Source: Octopus vulgaris (lineage: Eukaryota). Taken from it: a stretch of DNA of 64,000 bases. The position numbers and the translations under genes were made by a program. Positions 31,514 to 42,509 of this stretch are shown one piece after another. The DNA is taken from assembly GCA_951406725.2 (NCBI GenBank), contig OX597815.1:92256001-92320000 (forward strand). Direction: 5' to 3'. The stretch's first letter is position 1; the number at the start of each line of letters is the position of its first letter. Under the pieces are notes generated by a model. That model was not told the origin of the DNA. It ran no database searches and saw nothing but the letters and a program-made list of their open reading frames with translations.

Positions 31514-32925
31514 GGTACTTGTCTATTGTCGTGGTCCCGGTTTCGCACACGCGAATTCGCGCGCGCGCGCCAGACGTAGCTACTCGATACTCGAGATCCT
31601 ACGAGGTGACTTGCGCATGCGCAGTGCAGAATTCGCGCATGCGCGTTACCCCCCCCCCCCCCCAAAAAAAAAGGTGTTGGATTTCACTAAAAATATATGT
31701 GTGTGTGTGTGTATATATAACATTTTCAATTTTACACAAAAAAATTACATAGTCGCTTTCCTCGCGGATTTACAGATAAATGAATTAATTACTATTTTAC
31801 AGAATAAAATTAATGAATTAATTATATAAATTAAATAATTCTTGAAAATTAATTAATATTAATAATATTTTTTGAACAAAGTAAATAATTTATAAAACTT
31901 GGTTAATAATTTTTTTTACACAAACGCGAACGTATATAATTTGTGAAACTTTTTTTTTTTTACAGACGTATATAATTTGGTAAACTTAATGAATTAATTT
32001 CTTATCATCATCATCATCGTTTAACGTCCGTTCTCCATGCCAGCATGGGTTGGACGGTTCGACCGGGGATCTGGGAAGCCAGAAGGCTGCACCAGACTCC
32101 AGTCTTATCTGGCAATGTTTCTACAGCTGGATGCCCTTCCTAACGCCAACCACTCCGAGAGTGTAGTGGGTGCTTTTTACATGCCACCCGCACAGGTGCC
32201 AGGCGAGGCTGGCAACGGCCACGGTCGGATTGGTGCCAGTCGAGGCGGCTCTGGCATCGGCCACGATTCGGATAGTGCTTTTTACGTACCACCAGTCCAG
32301 GGGTCCTGGCATTTGCCGGGTGCCACACTTGCCCCAACATGTCTTCGCAAGCAAAGGGGGTTGGCATGGGTGCCTGCCGTGGGATGAGGTTCGATATCAA
32401 CTTCGCTTGCCTCAACAGGTCTTTGTGTATAAATGTATAAATTTTTCGCACTAAATTCTTTCCGTAGAATTTATCAAAAAAACGCGCAAAATTATTCCGT
32501 AGAATTTATCAAATTAAAAAACGCAAAATTAATATATTTTTTGAAATTGCAAATTATTTAGAATATAAAACAAATGAAGTTAAATTTTAAAAATAAATGT
32601 CATATACTTATACTCTGTAAGGTGCTGTGTTTACACTTCAATTTACTATTTTCTAGAAATGTTGCTTTTCTAATTGAAACAATTTTTCTCAATCTCCATT
32701 TAAAAGTCCATAATGCCTCTTGAGACATATCAAAATGAACAACTTTGAATTACGCGGCGGCGGTGGTGGTGTGAGGTTCTAATTTTTTTTTCTGATCTCT
32801 CAAGTCACCTCGTAGGATCTCGAGTGTCGCAAGTCACCTCGTAGGATCTCGAGTGTCGAGTACCTACGTCTGGCGCGCGCGAATTCGCGTGTGCGAAACC
32901 AGGACCACGACAATAGACAAGTACC
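31514..32925. mobile_element. Non-autonomous TIR DNA transposon, Merlin-like (~100-bp TIRs beginning GGTAC, 8-bp TSD CAGACGTG)
   Basis: TIRs 31514-31615 and 32828-32925; TSD at 31506-31513 and 32926-32933; empty site present in reverse complement at about 30645-30680. Confidence 0.85.
32005..32425 (-). mobile_element. RTE 3'-UTR-derived repeat nested in the Merlin-like element
   Basis: Same catcatcatcgtttaacgtccg... family as 18889 and 50850. Confidence 0.85.
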
Positions 32926-33296
32926 CAGACGTGTCTGTTACTGGCGTTAAAAATCAAAACATCAACAAGAAACAAATAGGAGTATATCATCTAAGGGACT
33001 CCAACTCTGGCCTGTCTTTTTCTTTTCGGGCATACTATATCTAGAACATCATCATGCAAAGTTTTTTTTTTTTTTTTCACTATTTAAGACGATAAAGTGT
33101 GCTTTGAGGTAGATTTGTTTACAAAATCTGAAAGGTAGAAGCTCCCTCGTGTTAGTAGTAAATGGTGAGTAGAATCAAGTCTTTCGATATGACTTGACAA
33201 AATCAAAACTCTTCAATTCGGCTGTTTCCGTGACAGCACGTGTCTTCGTCTTGTCAATCTGGAGATTTGTCAAGACTGATGAAACGTGGAAGAGAG

Positions 33297-36257
33297 ATAC
33301 CAGCTGGTCTGAGTGCTCTCTACCCACAATAACTAAAAAGACTACAGCAACTCAGGGAAACTAAGCCAGGACAACCTGCCATCCTCCACACACCATCATA
33401 AACTGCGAGCAGGGTACAAATTGTTGTCCTTAAATGCTCGCAGTTTATGCAACAAAATACATTTGTTCAACGCCTACGTCAGAAGTGTTGACCCTGACTT
33501 CATCACTGTCACGGAAACATGGGCGCATTCCTTACTCTGTGATGGGGTTTTCAACATCACGGGGTACAACCTCTTCCGTAAGGACCGCACTAACCGCCGT
33601 GGTGGTGGTGTGATGGTCTACGTTTGTTCAAATTTTTTGGTAATTCCTTGTGCCGATTTGAACGAATCACAAGAAGAAGTTTTTTTCTGTGACGTACGTA
33701 TGACCATGTCAACACTCCTGCTTGGCGTTGTTTATCGTCCCCCAAATTACCATCAGGACACACAGCTTTGCAACATCCTCCGAGCTGCAGCCAGGAAAAC
33801 AGCCACTTATGTGTTTATTGCAGGCGATTTCAATCATCCTGAGATCGATTGGGAAACCTTCCGTTGGCCACAGAGTGCAAACGATTTTGTTGAGCTTGTG
33901 CTGGACTCAAACTGGTCACAAGTAGTCACCTCTCCAACAAGAGGCGACAACACCTTGGACCTGCTCTTCACCACAACTCCTGAAGCGGTTATCAATTGCA
34001 CTACGGAGGAACCTCTAGGTGACTCTGATCATGCTATGATCATCGCCAATCTGGCTCTTGCGGGCAACAAACACCTGAACCATCTCCAATCTGTTTCCTT
34101 CGATTGGAAGAGAGCAGATTGGAACCTGTACCACACTGAACTACAGCACCCAAACTGGCGTGAATTCTACAACTCTGGAGATGTGAATACTATACTCCAG
34201 AGTATCCTGGACTCAATATGGGCAGCATGTGCAGCATCAGTGCCACGTAAACAAAAAAAGAAGAACCGCCCCAAAAGGGCAATTTGGGAAACTTCAGCAG
34301 TCCGACTTGCCAGGAAGGAACGTCGGACTGCTGAACAGGAATACAAGTTGCATAAATCAGACACCAACAGGAAGAAGCGGAATAAATCCTCCAACCATCT
34401 CAAGCAAGTGACAAAAAATGCAGTGCTTGAATTTGAACAGTGCATAGCAGCCAATCCTGACAGCAAGGTTTTCTGGAAATATGTGCATTCAAAGCAGAGA
34501 CCTCACTCTCCAGTGGGCCCTCTTCGCAACCCTCACACGAACCAGATCACTGACGACCCCAAGGAATGCGCAGAACTCATTGCCGAGTGCTATGCAAACA
34601 TATTCACTGTTGAAAGTCAAAATGTACCATCTTCACCATCACTAACAGCAAACTCCATAACAACTATGGAATTTACACCTGCAATGCTGCAACGTCACCT
34701 TCAAAATAAGCGCAACTATGCCTCCCCTGGTCTCGATGGAGTTACATACCTGCTTCTCAAACGTGGCAGGCACTTCCTTTTACACCAGCTTTCTATTTTC
34801 TTCCAGTACTATCTCAACAATGGTGCTACTCCGGAGCAGTGGAAAACTGCCAGTGTCATTCCTCTGTTCAAAAAGGGTGACACACATCACCTGTCAACTA
34901 TCGCCCAGTCAGTCTCACTAGCTGTATTGCAAAACTGATGGAATCGTGTGTCAGAGAAACACTCTGGAACTTCTGGAGCTCTCACAGTCTCATCCGACCC
35001 TCATAATATGGATTTGTCCCTAACTCCAGCTGCAGTGACCAGCTTGTCGAGTTCCTTGAGGACATTACTCAGATTACTGACAGTGGCTCATGGGTGGATG
35101 TTGTCTACCTTGACTTTGCTAAGGCTTTCAACTCTGTGCCACACAAAAGGCTTATGGTGAAACTCTCTGCAATGGGTGTGGGGGATGACCTTTTTAACTG
35201 GTTGAAATCCTTCATCCTCAGCCGAAAGGAGGTAGTCACAGTTCTAGGACAGCACTCTACACCATATGAGATGTCATCGGGTGTACCACAGGGATCTGTC
35301 CTTGGTCCCCTCCTGTTTGTGGCATACATTAATGACATAGATGCCAATTTAAAGAATGCCACAGTATTGAAATATGCAGACGACATCAAGCTGTACCTTG
35401 AAATCAAGAGGACTGATCCTGATGTCTACAACTCTTTCCTGCAATCAGACCTAGACACAATGCAGCAATGGATCACAGACTGGCAACTGAAACTGGCTGT
35501 GGACAAGTGTACCACCATGCATTTTGGGAGAAAAAACCCTGCGTCCACATACTCCCTCCACAACACTGATATCAAGAAATCCTCTTGCGAGCGTGACCTA
35601 GGCATCACTGTCAGCAGTGATTTGCGTTGGACAAAGCATATCTCTAAAATTGTCAAGAAGGCCGAGGGTGTCTTGGCATCACTCAGCAAGACTTTTGTTA
35701 GCCGCTCTCCAGCCATCTATTTAAAACTGTATACAGCTATGGTACGACCACACTTGGAATTCGCATCATCAGTTTGGAATCCCTATCTTGCTCAGAACAT
35801 TGACCTCCTGGAATCTGTCCAGAGACGTGCAACCAAATGCATACCCTCCATCAAACACCTACCATATTCTGAGCGCCTTGTTTCCCTGGGCATGGATTCA
35901 CTGAAGCTCCGGCGTCTGGCAACGGACTTGGTAAACACCCACATGGTTATCAACCACCTCACCAACAACAACACTGAACACCTTTTTGATCTCCATGTGT
36001 CTAACACACGTGGACATGCCTACAAAGTCAGAAAACAGCACAGCTCCCATGACTTTCGGAAACATTTTTTCACGCTCAGGGTTGCTGAAGCGTGGAATAA
36101 ACTGCCTGCGTCAGTTGTTGACTGCCATGACACTGCATCCTTTAAGGCCCTCATGCTTTCCGAAATCCGCCGAAACTACACCTGATTATATATACACTTT
36201 AGATGAGTTGTAGTGCACCTGAGCACTGTACACAATTATTATTATTATTATTATTAT
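33297..36257 (+). mobile_element. CR1-type LINE: ORF1 tail and near-complete ORF2 (APE endonuclease + RT) with one frameshift and one stop; 3' hairpin and (ATT)n tail
   Basis: LNARSL, TETW, GGGV, YRPP, GDFN, LDL, SDH (EN); NYRPVSLTS, YLDFAKAF, GVPQGSVLGP, YADD, ERDLG, RPHLEFASSVWNP, TRGH, WNKLP (RT/C-terminus). Frameshift in gacacacatca near 34880; TAA at 35004-35006. Confidence 0.95.
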
Positions 36258-36419
36258 ATCTGCGCGATCATACCTAGGGTTAAAAACAACAAAACATTAT
36301 TTTTCACTTGCTGGGACCGAAGTAAGGAATTGTGCCAATGGCATTTGCAGACCCCCAAGACATGTGAAGCTGATGCCATTGATGTCCCTCTTGAATCAAC
36401 ATCTACAGGAAAGAATTGA

Positions 36420-37440
36420 GTAGGGATGGAATTCTAGAATACCTACATTGTTGGAGAGAAAATTTGGCATGGTGATTAGTGTGGGGGTCTGGTAGGTTGG
36501 ACATAACAAGTCTGAAGAGAGGTGAGATGGATGGGAATGCAGAGGTGTCAGGAACCTACCCAACTCCAAAGAGCAGAAACCATTATTGTACTGGTAGAAA
36601 AGTAGACAGAGAAGACTCCATGTCTGTGGGCCAGAGACTGGGGTGTACCTACAAATGAGTTTATGCTAATCAATTGGGTGACCCTTTTTCTGGACACAGT
36701 CTATGATGTCTGTGTGCAACAACAACTGTCTCAGATGTGAGAGCAATATTCAATTATGGGCCTCATCTGAGTTTTGTAGAGTATCAATAATTGTTAAGAG
36801 TTGAAGTATCTTCTGGTTCTGTAAAGAAAAGCCATTTGTTGAGATGTGGCCCTAGTTATGTCAAGGATGTGTTTTTCTCAGGAAACAGTAAGATTTGACA
36901 TTTGGAGTAATTATGAGGGTTCTAGTTTACTTTTCGTGATTAATGGTGGTGTGGTGTAATGATGTCTCTTTGATGTGTAGTATTTATAGTTTTTGTTTTG
37001 CTGTTGAAAAAACAAGATTAGCTTAGTCATTAGAAAATGTTTTTATGGTCTGTTTTTAGAATTGGTGTGAGTTTGATGTATAGTGGCTAGATTGCAAGTA
37101 CATAAATGATGTTTTTGAGGAAGGCTAGGAAAGAATGAAGTATAGTGTTATCTACTTAAGAGTGGGCATTGTGTCAAGGAAGAGGGGATAAAACTGAACC
37201 CTAGGACACACCTGAATTGATAGAATGAGGGAAAGAGGTCTGTTGTCAATACATACTATAATAGTGATCTGAGTGGAACCTATCCAGCAGATAGAGCCTA
37301 TATGTGATCAGTTTTGATAGACTAGACATGCTCAAAATCTTTGTTGATGTTTAGCATGACATTATTTTCACCAAATTTGTCCATAGGTCACAATAGCTCT
37401 GGTTCTACAGTAATTGTATTGGTGATCATTAAAGAAAGCT
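36420..37440 (-). mobile_element. Old, heavily decayed CR1/Jockey-group LINE fragment
   Basis: Reverse strand resembles DI.K.F, GVLGF, IRP..EY motifs; shares sequence with 40010-41625. Confidence 0.55.
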
Positions 37441-37959
37441 CCTAACCAGCCAAACACTGCTTGGATGCATGACACAAATATTAAGTTTGGAAGAACAGCA
37501 ACTGTTATGCTCAAGTTTGCTTATTTCTACTTTGGCTACTTCTAGCATCTATGCTAACAATAGAAGTTCTACATTGTCTCTTAACCTACAAGGAATAGAA
37601 GCCAAAGCTTCAATTCCCTATTGTTTTATAAAAGGGAGCATACCCTATGTAATCTGAAATAGATTGTCTAAAAAGGTGGGCTTGTCTAGAACACTTTTGA
37701 TTTTGTGTGTGTGTTCAAGCTTTTCTAGGGTTAACTGATAACGAATTAAGGTTGAGTTTACCTTTTGTACCAGTAATACTAGAGAACAAAATACAACCAA
37801 CCACTGAACTCAATAACATAAAAATACTGCACTCATTCACTATCGAGTCTAGCCATATACAACCAGGTACTTTTAAATGCATTCACCAATGATGCAACAC
37901 CTGCCTCTACGTTAACAATGCTACTACTATCACTGGGTTAAGCCACCATATCTCATCAT

Positions 37960-38490
37960 CCAAAACTTCTGCACATCCAGCACCCTCATATAATGCATCA
38001 TCTGTAAACTTTTCAGTGCATTTTACATTGTGGAAACAGGTCATCACTTTCATAAATGTGTTCAAAGCACACTACTACATATGTCAGGCCAACCTGTTAT
38101 TCATTTTAACACAATGACTAATTCCATTACCCATTTATCAGTGTGAAACATCTCTGTACATCTTGGATCCATACACTAAATGAAACAGAAAGACCACTTC
38201 ATATCCAAACTTGGAACCATCGTGTCATCTGGTTTAAATGAATATTTACTTTCTACTCCTCCATTCATTCTAAGTTCAGTAATCCAATTTTTATCCTTCA
38301 CCACCATTCTTACTTTAATCTCCTCCGATCATCAGCTTTTTTTCTTCCTTCTTTCTCCTACTATTTTCTGTCTATACTCAAATTACCATATGTTCTCTGT
38401 CAATTTCAGCCAGTTGCTTGATACAGAGGATGTAGAACTATGCTCCTTTTCTTCCCCACTCTATCATCTTAACCCTGATGAAGGACCCTA
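37960..38490 (+). mobile_element. Penelope-like element remnant (GIY-YIG C-terminal part)
   Basis: CTSS.LI..I.C, YIVETG (38024), HFN, FISKLGTIVSSGLNE, followed by ctgatgaagg at ~38475. Confidence 0.6.
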
Positions 38491-38621
38491 TCAAAATGAT
38501 ACTTTACTCCTTGTGGCAATTTCACTGTACTTTCTTCATACATAAATTCATAAGTATGTGTGTATGTATATATATATACACACACACACACACTTTATTA
38601 AAAAGCAGCAAAAATATCACA

Positions 38622-38667
38622 AAAACTATTACTTAGAATTTCACGTTCCTGTTCGTCAGATAGTTTT
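38622..38667 (-). ncRNA. Minimal type-I hammerhead ribozyme motif with intact core
   Basis: - strand: aaaactat CTGACGA ac-aggaac-gt GAAA ttctaag TA atagtttt; stem I is 8 bp, cleavage triplet GUA. Confidence 0.7.
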
Positions 38668-38682
38668 GTCTAGAATCTAAAC

Positions 38683-38728
38683 AAAACTGTCCAACGAATG
38701 GCAATGTGAAACTCTGAGTAACAGTTTT
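38683..38728 (+). ncRNA. Minimal hammerhead motif with a mutated core (CCAACGA)
   Basis: aaaactgt ccaacga atggcaatgt GAAA ctctgag TA acagtttt. Confidence 0.55.
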
Positions 38729-38841
38729 CATATTCTTGCTGCTTTTTAATAAAGCATATTACTCTACCTCTGGTATTCAAGTACTACTTTTTCCACCTTG
38801 TTTCGCGTTTATGTGCTTACTCTGTGTGTGTATATATATAT

Positions 38842-39395
38842 ATCATCGTCATCATCATCGTTTAACGTCCGCTTTCCATGCTAGCATGGATTGGATGATT
38901 TTGACTGAGGGCTGGCGAACCAGATGGCTGCATCAGGCTCTAATCTTGATCTGGCATATTTTCTACAGCTGGATGCCCTTCCTAACGCTAACCACTCCAA
39001 GAGTGTAGTGGGTACTTTTTACGTGCCACCGGCACAAGGATCAGTCAGGTGGTACTGGCAATGACCTCGCTCGAATCTTTTTACACATGGCACCGGCACA
39101 GGTGCCAGTAAGGCGACGTTGGTAATGATCACGCTCAAATGGTGCCCTTTTACATGCCACCGGCACGGAAGCCAGTTGGCTGCTCTGGCAACGATCACGC
39201 CCGGATGGTGCTCTTGGCACCCTTCCAGCACGAGCACAAGTGCCAGTAAGGCGACACTGGTAACGATCACACTCGAATGGTGGATTTTATGTGCCACTGA
39301 CAGAGAAGCTGGTTAGCCACTCTGTCAACAATCACACTCATATGGTGCTCTTTGCACCCCGCTAGCACGGATGCCAGTTCGAATTTGATTTCGAT
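38842..39395 (-). mobile_element. RTE 3'-UTR-derived repeat with tandem subunits
   Basis: Same family as 3602-4100. Confidence 0.85.
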
Positions 39396-39562
39396 TTATA
39401 TATATATATTTCACTTAGGCATTACAGTATTAACATATGCTTCTCGACAAAGTATTAGTCAAGTAAGGAGCAGTAATGAGAAAAGAGATGAGAAAGGAAT
39501 AAATGATTATCTGATGAAGGTCATAAACTAATCATTTACTTCTTTGTCATCTCTCATTTCTT

Positions 39563-39593
<31 letters not shown>

Positions 39594-40009
39594 GAGAGGG
39601 AGAGAGACAGACAGACAAATGTGTTTGAGAAGGACAGAAGCTAGCCCTGGAGTGCATGGTTTGAGAGTGATGGAAGAAACCCTAGGGACAACTTGCCTTC
39701 TTGTCAATTTTTGGAGTTGGTGCATTTGGTTGTTTTCATATGTAAACATTGTGTATGAAGAAGAGGATGTCCAGAAGAGCTTTGTATCGAGCATTCAGTA
39801 TAAAGTTGAAGATAAAGCATATACCAAATTTGGTAACTTTTTTAAACATTTGTATTAGTCTTGAAACTTCAATTTAAATCATCTTACAGACATAAAACAA
39901 TAACTGAAACAGTATTTTTTTTTTGCATTTACTTGCTGGGTCTGGAAAAAAAGGCAGTAATTAATGGGGGGAATTTGAAGTTCCTCTTGAACTTTGTAAA
40001 AATATTAAT

Positions 40010-41625
40010 AATTGTTGAGGATTGAAGTATCTTCTGGATCTAAAAAGAAAGGCAAGTCATTAAGATGTGGCCTAAATTATTTTAAGAATGATGGAGTAAC
40101 ATTTTTATTTTCTTGCTATTGAAAGAGACAAGATTGTCATGACTAATGGTGGATGCTTTCAAGGTCTCTGTTCATGGAGTCAGTGTAGGTTTAGCATATA
40201 GGATTTTGGTTGTGAGTGGATAATGCATGGCTGGGGAATGTCGGTGAAATGAAGGATAAATGTCATCTGCATAAGCATTGGAGTTGTTGGATATGGTGTA
40301 AAGTCATTTATGTGTAGAAAGAAGAGAGTGCAAGATAAAAGTTTCCATCAACATATACAGCACTAGTTTAACCCCTTAATGGATTATCCCGAGTTTACTC
40401 ATGCATTGCAAATGTATCTTTTTAGGACCAAACGAGTATACTCGGTCAAAATTAACTTTTAATTTTAGCACTCAAACGAGTTTATTTGTTTTGTGCCGTT
40501 TCATTTTTGAGCAATCACAAATTTACTCGTGTTGTTTAAAAAAAATAGGTATTTTTTCATTTGATGGATTTGGCTATCTGGAATGCATATGTTTTGTATA
40601 AAGCATCTTTGGAAACTTCAGAAATTTAGAATGCAAATAATCACCAAGATTATTGAAAAATATAGGCCCTTATTACCTCCCACAAAACCAGGAAGATCAT
40701 CATCGATCCCACATCCAACAAGATTTGCCCCAGCTGGTCACTTTCCCATAGAAATACCACCAAGTGATAAGAAAAAGAACCCTACAAGACAGTGTGCAAA
40801 ATGTGCAGAGAAGAGAGACGGTAAAGGAAAGAAGATTCGAAGAGAAAGCAGATACATGTGTGATGTCTGCAAGATAACTTTGTGTGTAACTCCTTGTTTT
40901 AAAAATTATCATTCTAAATAAACTATCTCATTTTAAAAATATTTTCCTTTGATTTAAAAGCAATACATCTTATAAAAAAAATCGAAGGTAGGTAAGTTAT
41001 ATGTATTTTTTCAATGTCCAAGTTAACTCATTTAAATCCAAATGAGTAAAAGTACATTTTAATTTCTATAATAAAAAATAAAGGAAACAAGATAAAAAAA
41101 AACTTTTTTTTTGTAATTAACACTGTATATAATTAAAAAAGGAAATTTAAAAAATATGCTCTGAAATGAAACGCCATGTCAAAATAATTGAGCCATTAAG
41201 GGGTTAATCTGACAGGAAGCTATCAATCCAAGGGATTAGAAACTGATAGAGCTCATAAGTAGGTTTTGAAAGGAAATTTACATGCCAGACATTTTTTTCT
41301 TTTACTTGTTTCAGTCATTTGACTGCGGCCATGCTGGGACATCACCAGGACGAATTTTACTCAAATGAATCAACCTCAGTCCTTTTTTTTTTTAAGCCTA
41401 GTCCTTATTCTGTTGGTCTCTTTTGCTGAACCATTATATTACAAGGATATAAATACAACAACACTAGTTGTCAAGTGGTAGTGCAAGACAAACTGGTCAA
41501 AAGCTTTGTTGATATCAATGACATTGTTTTCACCAAATTCTTTCAAGGCAAGAGCCTACTTATGGGTGACAGAGAAGAATAGACCAACAGTGGATCTGGT
41601 TTTACACAAATTGTACTGGTGGTCA
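40010..41625 (-). mobile_element. Old LINE RT fragment interrupted by piggyBac (40372-41203) and a SINE tail (41295-41490)
   Basis: - strand AYADD at ~40262-40276 and FGE...DINKAF at ~41500-41540. Confidence 0.65.
40372..41203 (+). mobile_element. Internally deleted piggyBac element retaining the transposase C-terminal cysteine-rich domain
   Basis: TTAA|CCCCTTAATGG ... CCATTAAGGGG|TTAA; ORF 40583-40921 contains HFP...RQCAKC...RRESRYMCDVCKITLCVTPCFKNYH. Confidence 0.92.
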
Positions 41626-42509
41626 TTAAGCTCTTAGAACCAATGGCTGAAGCATAAAAAAACTTGGAACAGAAATCACATAACTATCCAGAGAGACACA
41701 TATCTTGTAGTCAGTGATGATGTATCTCCACTTCACAGCTATTATAAAATTTTAATGCTAATTCATAAAGATACTAAGTTAATATTTTGTATATAATCAT
41801 AAAATTGACAATGATAAAATGATATAAACATAACCATACAACTTAACTAGGATGGACTACTTAGATGGAGATTCCTTACTGGGGTCCAGATCTTACAGTC
41901 TCATCTGATTTAAGATAGACTTCTAGATTACATTTAGAATGATGGACTCATTCTACTGTTCAGGAAAAGTTTCTAACTCTACCTATAAAATAGAGTTCTG
42001 TTCACACATTTTGCTGAATTCTTTGAAATATTGTAAACATTTAATTAAGTGCATAGTTTTTTCCATTTGTCCAACTGCACTGTCATCAATGAAATGTCAG
42101 TTTGGCCCCTTTCTACCATCACTTTCAAAGTAAGTATTCAGATAAGCTTTTTTCTCTCATTCTTCTGGTCTTGGAGTGTACCGTAAGAACTGTTTGCCAA
42201 ACTTAGTAAATAGCACTTGTGCTTCTTGGGTGTCTTATTGACATTCAGCAGGTTCTATGCACAAAGTTGTTCCCCCCACCTCAGAATAGCTGAATTGTGG
42301 AATAAACTTCTCCCTGCTGTTTTCCTAACTAACATGATTTTGATTTGCTTAAAATCTTAATTAACAAGTACCTTGTCTAATGGTGGTGGTTTTCTACATT
42401 TGAATATTTTTTATCAGTTATATTATCCTCTCGTTTTATTTCATTTTATTAACTCTGGAGGGCAGCAACTCCATACACTGTACCCAGCGTAAGCTATGGA
42501 CACATAAAA

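Noticed and set aside
33421-36185. Autonomous, active LINE copy
   Set aside because: Frameshift near 34880, TAA at 35004-35006, and most of ORF1 and the promoter are missing.
39619-39858. Possible exon (EEEDVQKSF...KFG|gtaac)
   Set aside because: No recognisable homology, no clear acceptor and no partner exons.
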